Source of the DNA: Calditrichaceae bacterium
GTDB lineage: Bacteria > Calditrichota > Calditrichia > Calditrichales > JBFXGD01
Direction of reading: 5' to 3'
Length of the DNA: 43,218 nucleotides
NCBI GenBank assembly: GCA_050178385.1
Contig: JBFXGD010000012.1
Coordinates: forward strand, 1 to 43,218
Each line of letters opens with the position of its first letter. The stretch's first letter is position 1. Of the stretch, positions 18,760-27,197 are shown piece by piece. The translations under genes and the position numbers were made by a program. The notes under the pieces are model-generated. The model did not search any database and was not told the origin of the DNA. It saw only the letters and a program-made list of their open reading frames with translations.

Positions 18760-20096
18760 CCGCGCGGGAAATAGCATTCAGAGTATTATTAAATTTCGAG
18801 GATAAAAAACCACGTTTAGATGACCTGCTGAAGGAGTCTTACTCAAAATACAATATCAGCATGAATGAAAGAAAACTGCTCAAGAACATCACATCCGGGG
18901 TGATTCGAAATTTATTATATCTGGATTGGATCGCTTCTCAAATCTATCACGGACGTTACAAAAAGTTGTTAAAAAAAATCAAGGTCATATTAAGAATGGC
19001 CCTTTATGAAATTATTTTTGTTGATCATATCCCAACCCATGCCACCATAAATGAATATGTCAATCTTGCCAAAAAAATGGCTGGAGCGGGTTCCGGAGGC
19101 CAGGTCAACGGAATGCTTAGAACTTACGTGCGTGAATCTGAAAATTTAAAACCGGAAAACTCAATAAACGTCCGAGCTGAACTCATCGCCGTAAAATATT
19201 CCTTTCCCGAATGGCTTGTTAAACGCTGGATAAATGTCTGGGGGGAAACTGAAACAGAATCGATATGCCGCGCCTTGAATACGATTCCCGAATTTGACAT
19301 TCGTGTAAACGCCGGAAAAATTTCAGTTTCCGATTTTAAAGATCTTTTAGCGGAAAATAAAATCACTTTTCAGGTATCAAAGCACTTTGAAGATATGTTG
19401 ACAATAAAAGATATTCAGGCTATAAGGAACAATGATTGGTTTGACGAAGGGCTCTGCAGCATACAGGACGAGAGCGCGCATATCCCGGTGGAACTGCTTG
19501 ATCTCCGTGCGGGAGACAGAGTGCTGGATATTTGTGCCGCGCCCGGCGGAAAGTACACCCAGATTTTGAAATATCATCCTGATCAAATTCTGGCGGTTGC
19601 TGTGGATCAGGATTTTGAACGCTTAAAAAAAGTAAGGGATAATGTCCAAAGATTGGGATTTAAGAATCGACATTTCATCGTAGCCGACGGCCGGGCGTTG
19701 CCCTTTAAACCCGTATTTAATAAAATATTGCTGGATGCTCCATGCTCAGGGCTTGGTGTGATAAACAAGCATCCTGATATAAAATGGCGAAGAGATATCG
19801 GTCAGATCATTGAATTTGCAAAATTACAGGATAGTATATTGTCTCAAGCCGGTAATCTACTTGCCAATGACGGCAATCTGGTTTACAGCACCTGTACAGT
19901 TGATCCAATGGAAAACGAGATGGTCATCCATGATTTTATGGAGCGAAACGCAGATCAGTTTGAATTATCCGAACCACCTCTAAAATTTGGCGAATGGGTC
20001 TCCGATTCCTTAATCCGCACCTTTCCGCATCGTGATCACAAGGATGGAAGTTTCTGCGCTCTGCTTCATAAAAAAGCCTCTTTTTTAGACGAATAG
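18756..20096 (+). CDS. rsmB: 16S rRNA m5C967 methyltransferase (NusB-like plus NOL1/NOP2/Sun domains)
   Basis: NusB-like N-terminus; YSFPEWLV, IQDES, VLDICAAPGGK, LLDAPCSGLG, HPDIKWR, LVYSTCT. Confidence 0.93.
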   Translation: MTAREIAFRVLLNFEDKKPRLDDLLKESYSKYNISMNERKLLKNITSGVIRNLLYLDWIASQIYHGRYKKLLKKIKVILRMALYEIIFVDHIPTHATINEYVNLAKKMAGAGSGGQVNGMLRTYVRESENLKPENSINVRAELIAVKYSFPEWLVKRWINVWGETETESICRALNTIPEFDIRVNAGKISVSDFKDLLAENKITFQVSKHFEDMLTIKDIQAIRNNDWFDEGLCSIQDESAHIPVELLDLRAGDRVLDICAAPGGKYTQILKYHPDQILAVAVDQDFERLKKVRDNVQRLGFKNRHFIVADGRALPFKPVFNKILLDAPCSGLGVINKHPDIKWRRDIGQIIEFAKLQDSILSQAGNLLANDGNLVYSTCTVDPMENEMVIHDFMERNADQFELSEPPLKFGEWVSDSLIRTFPHRDHKDGSFCALLHKKASFLDE

Positions 20097-20097
20097 C

Positions 20098-20126
20098 TTG
20101 ATAAGATGAAATTAATTAAATACATT
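20098..20126 (+). promoter_or_regulatory. Putative promoter of lysC-lysA
   Basis: TTGATA, 17-nt spacer, TACATT. Confidence 0.55.
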
Positions 20127-20225
20127 CAGCGCTCATAAAAAAAATGATCATTATCAGCAAATAGCCTGAAATAATTGGTGGCTATTATACAACTGATTGA
20201 GTAATCAGGACGGACGGCAGAAATT

Positions 20226-21542
20226 ATGAAAGTGCTTAAATTCGGCGGCACATCCGTAGGAACTCCGAAAAAAATTAAATCTTTAGTCAGGCTTATTGAT
20301 TATCCTGAAACCAAAATTGTTGTTTTGTCAGCAATGTCCGGTACGACGGATGCTTTGGTGGAAATAACCCGCCTGCTATACGATAAAAATTCAGATTCCG
20401 CAAATGCTAAAATTAGCGAACTCGAAGAAAGGTATATAAGAGTAGTCGATGAGCTGTTTGTTTCGGAAAGTTACAAAAAACAGGGAAGAGGAATGGTTGA
20501 GAGCCATTTTTCCTACATCCGTAACTTTACAGTAAAGGTGTTTACAAAGCTTCAGGAAAAAGCCATTCTTGCCCAGGGAGAATTAATTTCAACCGCGTTA
20601 CTGCATTTTTATCTGCTGGAAAATGAAAAAGATTCAGTCCTTATCCCCGCATTGAATTTTATGAGAATCGATAAAGACAACGAGCCGGACTATTTTTATA
20701 TTCGTGAAAATCTTGAACGTGAACTAAAGCCCTTCAAAAATACATCTATTATTATTACCCAGGGATATATCTGCCGGAATGCCTATGGTGAGGTGGATAA
20801 TTTAAAACGCGGCGGCAGCGATTACACCGCATCATTAATCGGGGCGGCTCTGGATGCAAAAGAGATCCAGATATGGACGGATATCAATGGGTTTCACAAT
20901 AATGATCCAAGATTTGTGAAGAATACAACTGTATTGAGAGAATTGTCCTTTGATGAAGCGGCGGAGCTGGCATATTTCGGGGCAAAGATTCTTCACCCCA
21001 CGAGTGTTCTCCCGTGTAAGGAAAAAAATATTCCTGTGCGCTTGAAAAATACAATGATCCCGGAAGATCCCGGAACACTGATTACCGGTAAATATACCCA
21101 CGATGAAATTAAAGCCGTCGCCGCCAAAGACTGCATTACAGTAGTTAAAGTAAAATCAGACCGAATGCTGCTCGCGTACGGATTTTTAAGAAAAATATTT
21201 GAAATTTTTGAGATATATAAAACTCCCATAGATATGATCACCACCTCTGAGGTTGCGGTATCGCTTACAATTGATGATACAACTTTTCTAAAGGAGATTG
21301 AGGCGGAGTTGAATAAATTCGGACAGGTGGAAATTGAGCGGGATAAAGCCATCATTTGCGTTATCGGGGATTTTATCGCTGAAAAAAGCGGCAGCGCGTT
21401 AAAAATTATGCAGGCATTAAAAGATATACCATTGCGAATGATTTCATACGGGGGAAGCAGGCATAATATCTCCGTATTGGTGAACGCGGAAGAAAAAGTA
21501 CCGGCTTTGAATGCTCTGAGCGGTCATCTGTTTAAAAAATAG
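20226..21542 (+). CDS. lysC: Aspartate kinase with two ACT domains
   Basis: KFGGTSVG, VVLSAMSGTT, GELIS, RGGSDYTAS, ELAYFGAKILHP, DMITTSEVAVS. Confidence 0.95.
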   Translation: MKVLKFGGTSVGTPKKIKSLVRLIDYPETKIVVLSAMSGTTDALVEITRLLYDKNSDSANAKISELEERYIRVVDELFVSESYKKQGRGMVESHFSYIRNFTVKVFTKLQEKAILAQGELISTALLHFYLLENEKDSVLIPALNFMRIDKDNEPDYFYIRENLERELKPFKNTSIIITQGYICRNAYGEVDNLKRGGSDYTASLIGAALDAKEIQIWTDINGFHNNDPRFVKNTTVLRELSFDEAAELAYFGAKILHPTSVLPCKEKNIPVRLKNTMIPEDPGTLITGKYTHDEIKAVAAKDCITVVKVKSDRMLLAYGFLRKIFEIFEIYKTPIDMITTSEVAVSLTIDDTTFLKEIEAELNKFGQVEIERDKAIICVIGDFIAEKSGSALKIMQALKDIPLRMISYGGSRHNISVLVNAEEKVPALNALSGHLFKK

Positions 21543-21581
21543 TAATGACGGAACCCAAAAATTAAGATGTATTAATCTCAC

Positions 21582-22736
21582 ATGTTTAAAAAAAGCACAA
21601 TCAATAAATTTCGGGAACTGCCGACACCCTTTTATTATTACGATTTGGAACTTCTGGATCGGACACTGGATATGGTCAAAAGGGAGGCGGCGCGCTATGG
21701 GTACATTGTGCATTACGCGCTGAAGGCCAATGCAAACGAACGGATATTGAAGATCATCCGTGATGAGAGGCTTGGAGCGGATTGCGTAAGCGGAAATGAA
21801 ATCAAAAAGGCAATTGAAGTTGGTTTTGACCCCGGTCAAATAGTATTCGCCGGTGTGGGCAAAGCGGATTGGGAGATTAATCTGGCTCTTGATCACAACA
21901 TCTTTTGCTTTAATTGCGAGTCTATCCCGGAACTGCAGGTAATAGATGATCTTGCCCGGGAAAAGAAAAAAATTGCCCGCGTGGCTTTGAGAATTAATCC
22001 AAATGTGGATGCATCAACGCATCATTACATCACAACCGGCATTGAGGAAAACAAGTTTGGAATCAACCGCTGGGAGTTGGAGAATATACTAACGATATTA
22101 CCGGGAATGAAAAATATAAACCTGGTAGGGCTTCACTTTCACATCGGTTCACAGATCACCGATTTGGCAGTGTTTAAAGGGTTATGTATCAGAGTGAACG
22201 AAATTCAGCAATGGTTTACGGATCACATGATTTATCCTGAACATATAAATGTCGGCGGCGGACTTGGCGTGGACTACAAAAATCCCGATCAGAACGATAT
22301 CCCTGATATTGAGAATTATTTTCGGATTTTCCATGATCTTCTTGAGTTAAGACCAGCGCAGAAAGTCCATTTTGAATTGGGTAGATCAGTGGTGGCTCAA
22401 TGCGGCAGTTTGGTAACAAAGGTGATGTATGTAAAAAACGGGGTAAAAACAAAATTTGCCATTGTAGACGCGGGAATGACGGATTTAATAAGACCTGCTC
22501 TTTACCAGGCTTATCATAAGATACAGAACCTCACTTCGGCGCGCGGGACTGATCATTATAATGTTGTCGGACCGATTTGTGAGTCATCTGACAGTTTTGG
22601 GAAATATATAGAATTACCGGAAACAACACGCAACGATCTGCTGGCTATTCGGTCTGCCGGCGCTTATGGAGAGATAATGGCTTCCCGGTATAATTTACGT
22701 GATTTGCCGGTGGCAAGATATTCAGACGAATTTTGA
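21582..22736 (+). CDS. lysA: Diaminopimelate decarboxylase
   Basis: YALKAN (PLP Lys), DCVSGNE, HFHIGSQI, NVGGGLG, VDAGMTDLIRPALY, VVGPICESSD, GAYG. Confidence 0.95.
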   Translation: MFKKSTINKFRELPTPFYYYDLELLDRTLDMVKREAARYGYIVHYALKANANERILKIIRDERLGADCVSGNEIKKAIEVGFDPGQIVFAGVGKADWEINLALDHNIFCFNCESIPELQVIDDLAREKKKIARVALRINPNVDASTHHYITTGIEENKFGINRWELENILTILPGMKNINLVGLHFHIGSQITDLAVFKGLCIRVNEIQQWFTDHMIYPEHINVGGGLGVDYKNPDQNDIPDIENYFRIFHDLLELRPAQKVHFELGRSVVAQCGSLVTKVMYVKNGVKTKFAIVDAGMTDLIRPALYQAYHKIQNLTSARGTDHYNVVGPICESSDSFGKYIELPETTRNDLLAIRSAGAYGEIMASRYNLRDLPVARYSDEF

Positions 22737-22744
22737 TAAGATGC

Positions 22745-22774
22745 TTGACATTGTTCAGGAAGAGTCTGTAATAT
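22745..22774 (+). promoter_or_regulatory. Putative distal promoter upstream of ffh
   Basis: TTGACA, 18-nt spacer, TAATAT. Confidence 0.45.
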
Positions 22775-22954
22775 TACAATAATATTATCGCAAATTTATT
22801 GTTTTACGGACAATTCAAATTCTGCCGTTTTCAATTGCTTGTTCAGCCGGGAAAGAACTTACCGCATTCATTTATAGATATTGGATGGGGGCATTGATGA
22901 CTGTAATTGGAAGAAGTCCAAGTTTATAAATTTAAAACCGGCTGGAATAATGAC

Positions 22955-22983
22955 TTGAAAAGATAGGAATATTTACTTATATT
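22955..22983 (+). promoter_or_regulatory. Putative proximal promoter of the ffh-rpsP operon
   Basis: TTGAAA, 17-nt spacer, TATATT, 40 nt before ATG. Confidence 0.6.
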
Positions 22984-23022
22984 CTGCGGTCATAGTCGGA
23001 TTTTACGATACTGGTTCTTATT

Positions 23023-24348
23023 ATGTTAGAAGATTTGACGCTTAAGCTGGAATCGACGTTTCGGAAGTTGCGCGGTTACGGCAAATTAAACGAAAAAAAC
23101 ATCGCTGATTCTTTAAAAGAAATCAGACGCGCTCTGTTAGAGGCCGATGTTAATTATAAAGTTGCAAAAGACTTCATTGCCGCGGTTCAGGAAAAGGCGG
23201 TCGGTGAAGATGTTCTGCGTAGTGTTACACCGGGTCAGATGATTGTAAAGATTGTCCATGATGAGCTGGTGAAGCTGCTCGGTTCGTCAACGGTACAGCT
23301 CAAAACTGCGGGTATTCCTCCCACAATCATAATGATTGCCGGTCTGCAGGGTTCGGGTAAAACGACATTCTGTGGAAAGCTGGCGGGATATTTGCGTAAA
23401 CGAGGCCGTAAACCGCTGCTTGTTGCCGCGGATGTTTATCGGCCGGCTGCTATTCAGCAATTGAGAGTACTCGGAAAGAGTCTTGATATACCGGTTTATG
23501 ATGAAGGCGCAGGAGATCCGGTTAAAATTAGTTTCAACGCGATAGCAGAAGCGCGAAAAAAATTCTGTGACACGATTATTCTGGATACGGCAGGCCGTCT
23601 GCACATAGATGAAAATATGATGAATGAGCTTGTGCAGATCAAAAACCGAATCCGTCCGCATGAAATTCTTTTCGTCGCCGACGGTATGACGGGACAGGAT
23701 GCTGTAAATACCGCGAAAGAATTTTCGGATCGTCTTGATTATGAAGGCGTGATTTTAACAAAGATGGATGGTGATACTCGTGGCGGGGCGGCGCTTTCGA
23801 TAAAGGCTGTCACCGGTAAACCCATAAAATTTATTGGTGTCGGTGAAAAGCTGGATGCCATAGAGCAGTTTCATCCGGACAGGTTGGCTTCCCGTATTTT
23901 AGGAATGGGTGATGTCGTCACCTTTGTCGAACGCGCCCAGGATACGATTGACGGTGAAAAGGCGGCCCGTCTGGAAGAAAGGCTGCGAAAAGCTGAGTTT
24001 ACGCTTGAAGATTTTTATGATCAGTTACAGCAAATTAAGAAAATGGGTTCGTTGGAGTCGCTTTTGTCAATGATTCCCGGAGCGGGAAAACAGCTTAAAA
24101 ATGCAAAAATTGATGAGGGGGCATTCGTACGAACTGAAGCTATAATCAATTCGATGACTATTGAAGAGCGTAATAAACCGCAACTATTAAACGGGAGCCG
24201 GCGTAAAAGAATTGCATCCGGCAGTGGTACGCGGGTTCAGGATATTAATCAATTGATTAACCAATATGAACAAATGAAGAAAATGATTAAACAAATGAAG
24301 GGTAAATCCATGAGAGGATTTGGTGGAATGCCTTTCGGGCTTGTTTGA
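23023..24348 (+). CDS. ffh: Signal recognition particle protein
   Basis: ALLEADVN, GLQGSGKTT, DVYRPAA, DTAGR, TKMDGDTRGGAALS, Met-rich M domain. Confidence 0.98.
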   Translation: MLEDLTLKLESTFRKLRGYGKLNEKNIADSLKEIRRALLEADVNYKVAKDFIAAVQEKAVGEDVLRSVTPGQMIVKIVHDELVKLLGSSTVQLKTAGIPPTIIMIAGLQGSGKTTFCGKLAGYLRKRGRKPLLVAADVYRPAAIQQLRVLGKSLDIPVYDEGAGDPVKISFNAIAEARKKFCDTIILDTAGRLHIDENMMNELVQIKNRIRPHEILFVADGMTGQDAVNTAKEFSDRLDYEGVILTKMDGDTRGGAALSIKAVTGKPIKFIGVGEKLDAIEQFHPDRLASRILGMGDVVTFVERAQDTIDGEKAARLEERLRKAEFTLEDFYDQLQQIKKMGSLESLLSMIPGAGKQLKNAKIDEGAFVRTEAIINSMTIEERNKPQLLNGSRRKRIASGSGTRVQDINQLINQYEQMKKMIKQMKGKSMRGFGGMPFGLV

Positions 24349-24374
24349 AGTTATTTAATTAATGGAGGTTTAGT

Positions 24375-24926
24375 TTGGCTGTTAGATTGAGATTACGCAG
24401 GATGGGGCGGAAAAAAAGCCCATTCTACCGGATAGTTGCTGCGGATAGCAGAGCTCCGCGTGACGGGCGTTTTATCGAGATGCTTGGAACGTATGACCCG
24501 CTTATAAAACCTTTTCAGGTTGAATTTGAAGAAGATCGGGTTTTATACTGGTTAAAAAATGGCGCAGAGCCTTCCCAGACAGTTAAAAGTCTTTTTCAGA
24601 GAAAAGGATTCTGGCTAAAATGGGATTTGATGAAAAATGGCGTTGATGACGCTAAAATTGCAGAAGAATTTTCAAAGTGGGAAGCTCTGCAGGAGTTGCG
24701 TGAAAAGCGTCAGGCATTGAAAGAAAAAGAGGATGAAAAGGCAAAAAAGGCTAAGAAGACCGAAGAGCCTGTTGCTGAAGAAAAACCTCAGGCTGAAGCA
24801 GCAGAGGCTACCGATACCGTAGCTGAAGCGGCAGATACTACCGATGCCGTAATAGAAGAAACTCCATCTTCTGATGACGTAAAGGAAGAGGCGTCAGAGA
24901 ACCAGGAAGAAAACAAGGCGGAATAA
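24375..24926 (+). CDS. rpsP: 30S ribosomal protein S16 with long acidic C-terminal extension
   Basis: AVRLRLRRMGRKKSPFYRIVAADSRAPRDGRFIE; TTG start after GGAGGT. Confidence 0.97.
   Translation: MAVRLRLRRMGRKKSPFYRIVAADSRAPRDGRFIEMLGTYDPLIKPFQVEFEEDRVLYWLKNGAEPSQTVKSLFQRKGFWLKWDLMKNGVDDAKIAEEFSKWEALQELREKRQALKEKEDEKAKKAKKTEEPVAEEKPQAEAAEATDTVAEAADTTDAVIEETPSSDDVKEEASENQEENKAE
24792..24851 (+). repeat. Imperfect 30-bp tandem duplication in the rpsP tail (2 copies)
   Basis: GCTGAAGCAGCAGAGGCTACCGATACCGTA / GCTGAAGCGGCAGATACTACCGATGCCGTA, 26/30 identical; encodes AEAAEATDTV / AEAADTTDAV. Confidence 0.8.
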
Positions 24927-25018
24927 GAATAGAGATTGTTTTGTTGTGATGTCTGTATAGATTCTAATTATTACTATCTAGGCGAAACTGGTTTACTATC
25001 TTTAGGAGGTATGGGATT

Positions 25019-25249
25019 ATGAAAGATTTTGTTGAGTACATCGCGAAGCACCTTGTAGACAAACCGGATGAGGTACATGTTGCTGAAGTTGAAGGCGAAC
25101 GCGTTACCGTATATGAGTTGCGCGTAGGTGAAGGTGATTTGGGTAAAGTTATCGGTAAAAGAGGTCAGACAGCAAAATCAATCCGTACCCTGTTGGCGGC
25201 TGCTTCAGCAAAAGCCGGCAAAAGAGCAGTGCTTGAAATTCTTGAATAA
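25019..25249 (+). CDS. khpA: KH-domain RNA-binding protein KhpA
   Basis: [28 protein letters not shown]; canonical position between rpsP and rimM. Confidence 0.93.
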   Translation: MKDFVEYIAKHLVDKPDEVHVAEVEGERVTVYELRVGEGDLGKVIGKRGQTAKSIRTLLAAASAKAGKRAVLEILE

Positions 25250-25746
25250 TGTACGTCATCGGTAAATTTATAAAGCCTCAAGGCATAAAGGGTGAGCTGA
25301 AAGCGGAGATAATTACGTCTTTCCCTGAGCGCTTTACCGGATTGAAAAAAGTATACATTAATGAAAAAGAATCACAAGCCTATTCGATAGAATCAGTGCG
25401 TTTGTCGGATAGGTTTGTTTTTATTAAGCTGAAAGATATTAATACTCGCGAAGAAGCGGAATCATTACGGAATGAGTATCTGTATATTCCGGATGATGAA
25501 TTAAAGGACCTTGATGAAGACGAGTATTATATTCATGATTTGCTCGGTATAAAGATTTACGATGAGCAGGATGTTTTGCTTGGTGAATTAATCGATGTGG
25601 AGTCAATCAGCAGTAATGATATCTATACGATGAAATCAGTTGATGGGCGGGAATTTATGATTCCGGCGATTAAGGATGTCATCCTGGAAGTGGATATCAC
25701 AAAAAAAACAATGAAAATCCGCAACCTGGAAGGGTTGCTTGACTAA
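25249..25746 (+). CDS. rimM: 16S rRNA processing protein RimM
   Basis: IGKFIKPQGIKGELK, EYYIHDLLG, PRC barrel; synteny. Confidence 0.95.
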   Translation: MYVIGKFIKPQGIKGELKAEIITSFPERFTGLKKVYINEKESQAYSIESVRLSDRFVFIKLKDINTREEAESLRNEYLYIPDDELKDLDEDEYYIHDLLGIKIYDEQDVLLGELIDVESISSNDIYTMKSVDGREFMIPAIKDVILEVDITKKTMKIRNLEGLLD

Positions 25747-25757
25747 CGGTCTTTGAG

Positions 25758-26462
25758 ATGCGAATTGATATTATAACCGGATTTCCAAAACTAGTTGAAA
25801 TGCCTCTGGATGAAAGCATCATTAAAATGGGGCGAAAAAAGGGGGCGGTGGATATCAGGGTTCATGATCTTCGTGATTACACCGATGATAAACACCGTAC
25901 GATTGATGATTACCCTTATGGCGGCGGACCGGGGATGGTACTCAAAATTGAGCCTGTTATAAGGTGCCTGGATGATATTTTGTCCGAAGATTTGGATAAA
26001 AATAACGCGGAAATTGTGTTGATGTCGCCGCGTGGTCAGATGTATGATCAGTCGATGGCAACGCGGCTAAGCTTGAAGCCGCATCTGGTTCTGATTTGTG
26101 GCCATTATAAAGGGATAGATGAACGGATTCACGAGTTTTACCAGGTCCGTGAAATTTCGATTGGAGATTATATCCTCAGTGGCGGTGAAGTTGCCGCTTT
26201 GGTGATTGTAGATTCAATCGTCAGGCTGCTTCCCGGTGTTCTCAGAGATATCGATTCGGCCTGGACGGATTCTTTTTCGGATCAGTTGCTGGACGCGCCT
26301 TATTACACGCGTCCGGAAATGTTCAGAGGTGTGAAAGTGCCGGAAGAGTTGCTTTCCGGGAATCACAGTGTTATAGAAAAATGGCGGTTGCATGAGCGGG
26401 AATCGGTGACAAAAAAACGCCGCCCGGATTTATATAAAAATTATTTGAAATCATTTAAATAA
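25758..26462 (+). CDS. trmD: tRNA (guanine-N1)-methyltransferase
   Basis: [45 protein letters not shown]. Confidence 0.97.
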   Translation: MRIDIITGFPKLVEMPLDESIIKMGRKKGAVDIRVHDLRDYTDDKHRTIDDYPYGGGPGMVLKIEPVIRCLDDILSEDLDKNNAEIVLMSPRGQMYDQSMATRLSLKPHLVLICGHYKGIDERIHEFYQVREISIGDYILSGGEVAALVIVDSIVRLLPGVLRDIDSAWTDSFSDQLLDAPYYTRPEMFRGVKVPEELLSGNHSVIEKWRLHERESVTKKRRPDLYKNYLKSFK

Positions 26463-26478
26463 AAGTGTAGGTGAAACA

Positions 26479-26817
26479 ATGGATTTATTACACACTGTTA
26501 CAGCAAATCAGTTACGAAATGATATACCTCAGTTTAAAGCAGGTGATACTTTGAGTTTGCAGGTACGGGTAATTGAGGGTGATAAGGAAAGAATTCAGCT
26601 CTTCGAAGGTGTTTGTATCAAACGCAGCGGCGGCGGAATTAATGAAACTTTTACTGTCAGAAAAATCTCTCACGGCGTTGGAGTGGAAAGAATTTTCCCG
26701 ATTCATTCCCCAAGAATCGCTAAAATTGAAGTAAAAAGAGTTGGAAAAGTACGTAGGGCAAAACTTTATTATCTGCGTGACCTTAAAGGTAAAGCAGCCA
26801 GAATTAAAGAGAAATAA
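26479..26817 (+). CDS. rplS: 50S ribosomal protein L19
   Basis: [42 protein letters not shown]. Confidence 0.98.
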   Translation: MDLLHTVTANQLRNDIPQFKAGDTLSLQVRVIEGDKERIQLFEGVCIKRSGGGINETFTVRKISHGVGVERIFPIHSPRIAKIEVKRVGKVRRAKLYYLRDLKGKAARIKEK

Positions 26818-26847
26818 GAATCCGCTGGGATACCGGCGGTTTCTTTT
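26816..26847 (+). terminator. Intrinsic terminator of the rpsP-rplS operon
   Basis: CCGCTGG-GATA-CCGGCGG stem (one G-U) followed by TTTCTTTT. Confidence 0.7.
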
Positions 26848-27197
26848 CAATCTTTGTGTGATTTAACTTCTAAGCGCGACCGGTTAATCCGGTTATGTTA
26901 TCATTGTTTTTAGTGATCTGTCCGGCGACATTTTGTGTATCCCGGATATTATAAGCAGATTTGTAAATTGCTTTCCTGGTTGTTTATTTAACTGATCACT
27001 GATGTGTTGTTGTTAAACGATATCAGTTCTGTGATATTCGGTCGCCAGCCTTTCCGCCATCCGGCGAAAATTGTATTTATACCTCGAAAATTGGAAATAA
27101 TGACTTAAAATCATTATTTTTTAATCAGCTTATAAATCAAATTTTGATTATATTAACAATGATACCTGGCCGCAAATACAGAGGAGATTCCGGTTTC

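Noticed and set aside
20127..20225. Lysine riboswitch or Fur box upstream of lysC
   Set aside because: The ~100-nt leader is too short for the lysine aptamer and lacks its core; AAATGATCATTATCA is only a partial Fur match in AT-rich DNA with no iron-related context
22780..22950. SRP (4.5S) RNA next to ffh
   Set aside because: Lacks the conserved helix-8 pattern (CAGG...GGAA tetraloop...GCAG) and is too AT-rich
26850..27094. Small gene or RNA after rplS
   Set aside because: Only short ORFs (e.g. 15 codons on the minus strand from 27060) and weak 7-bp inverted repeats
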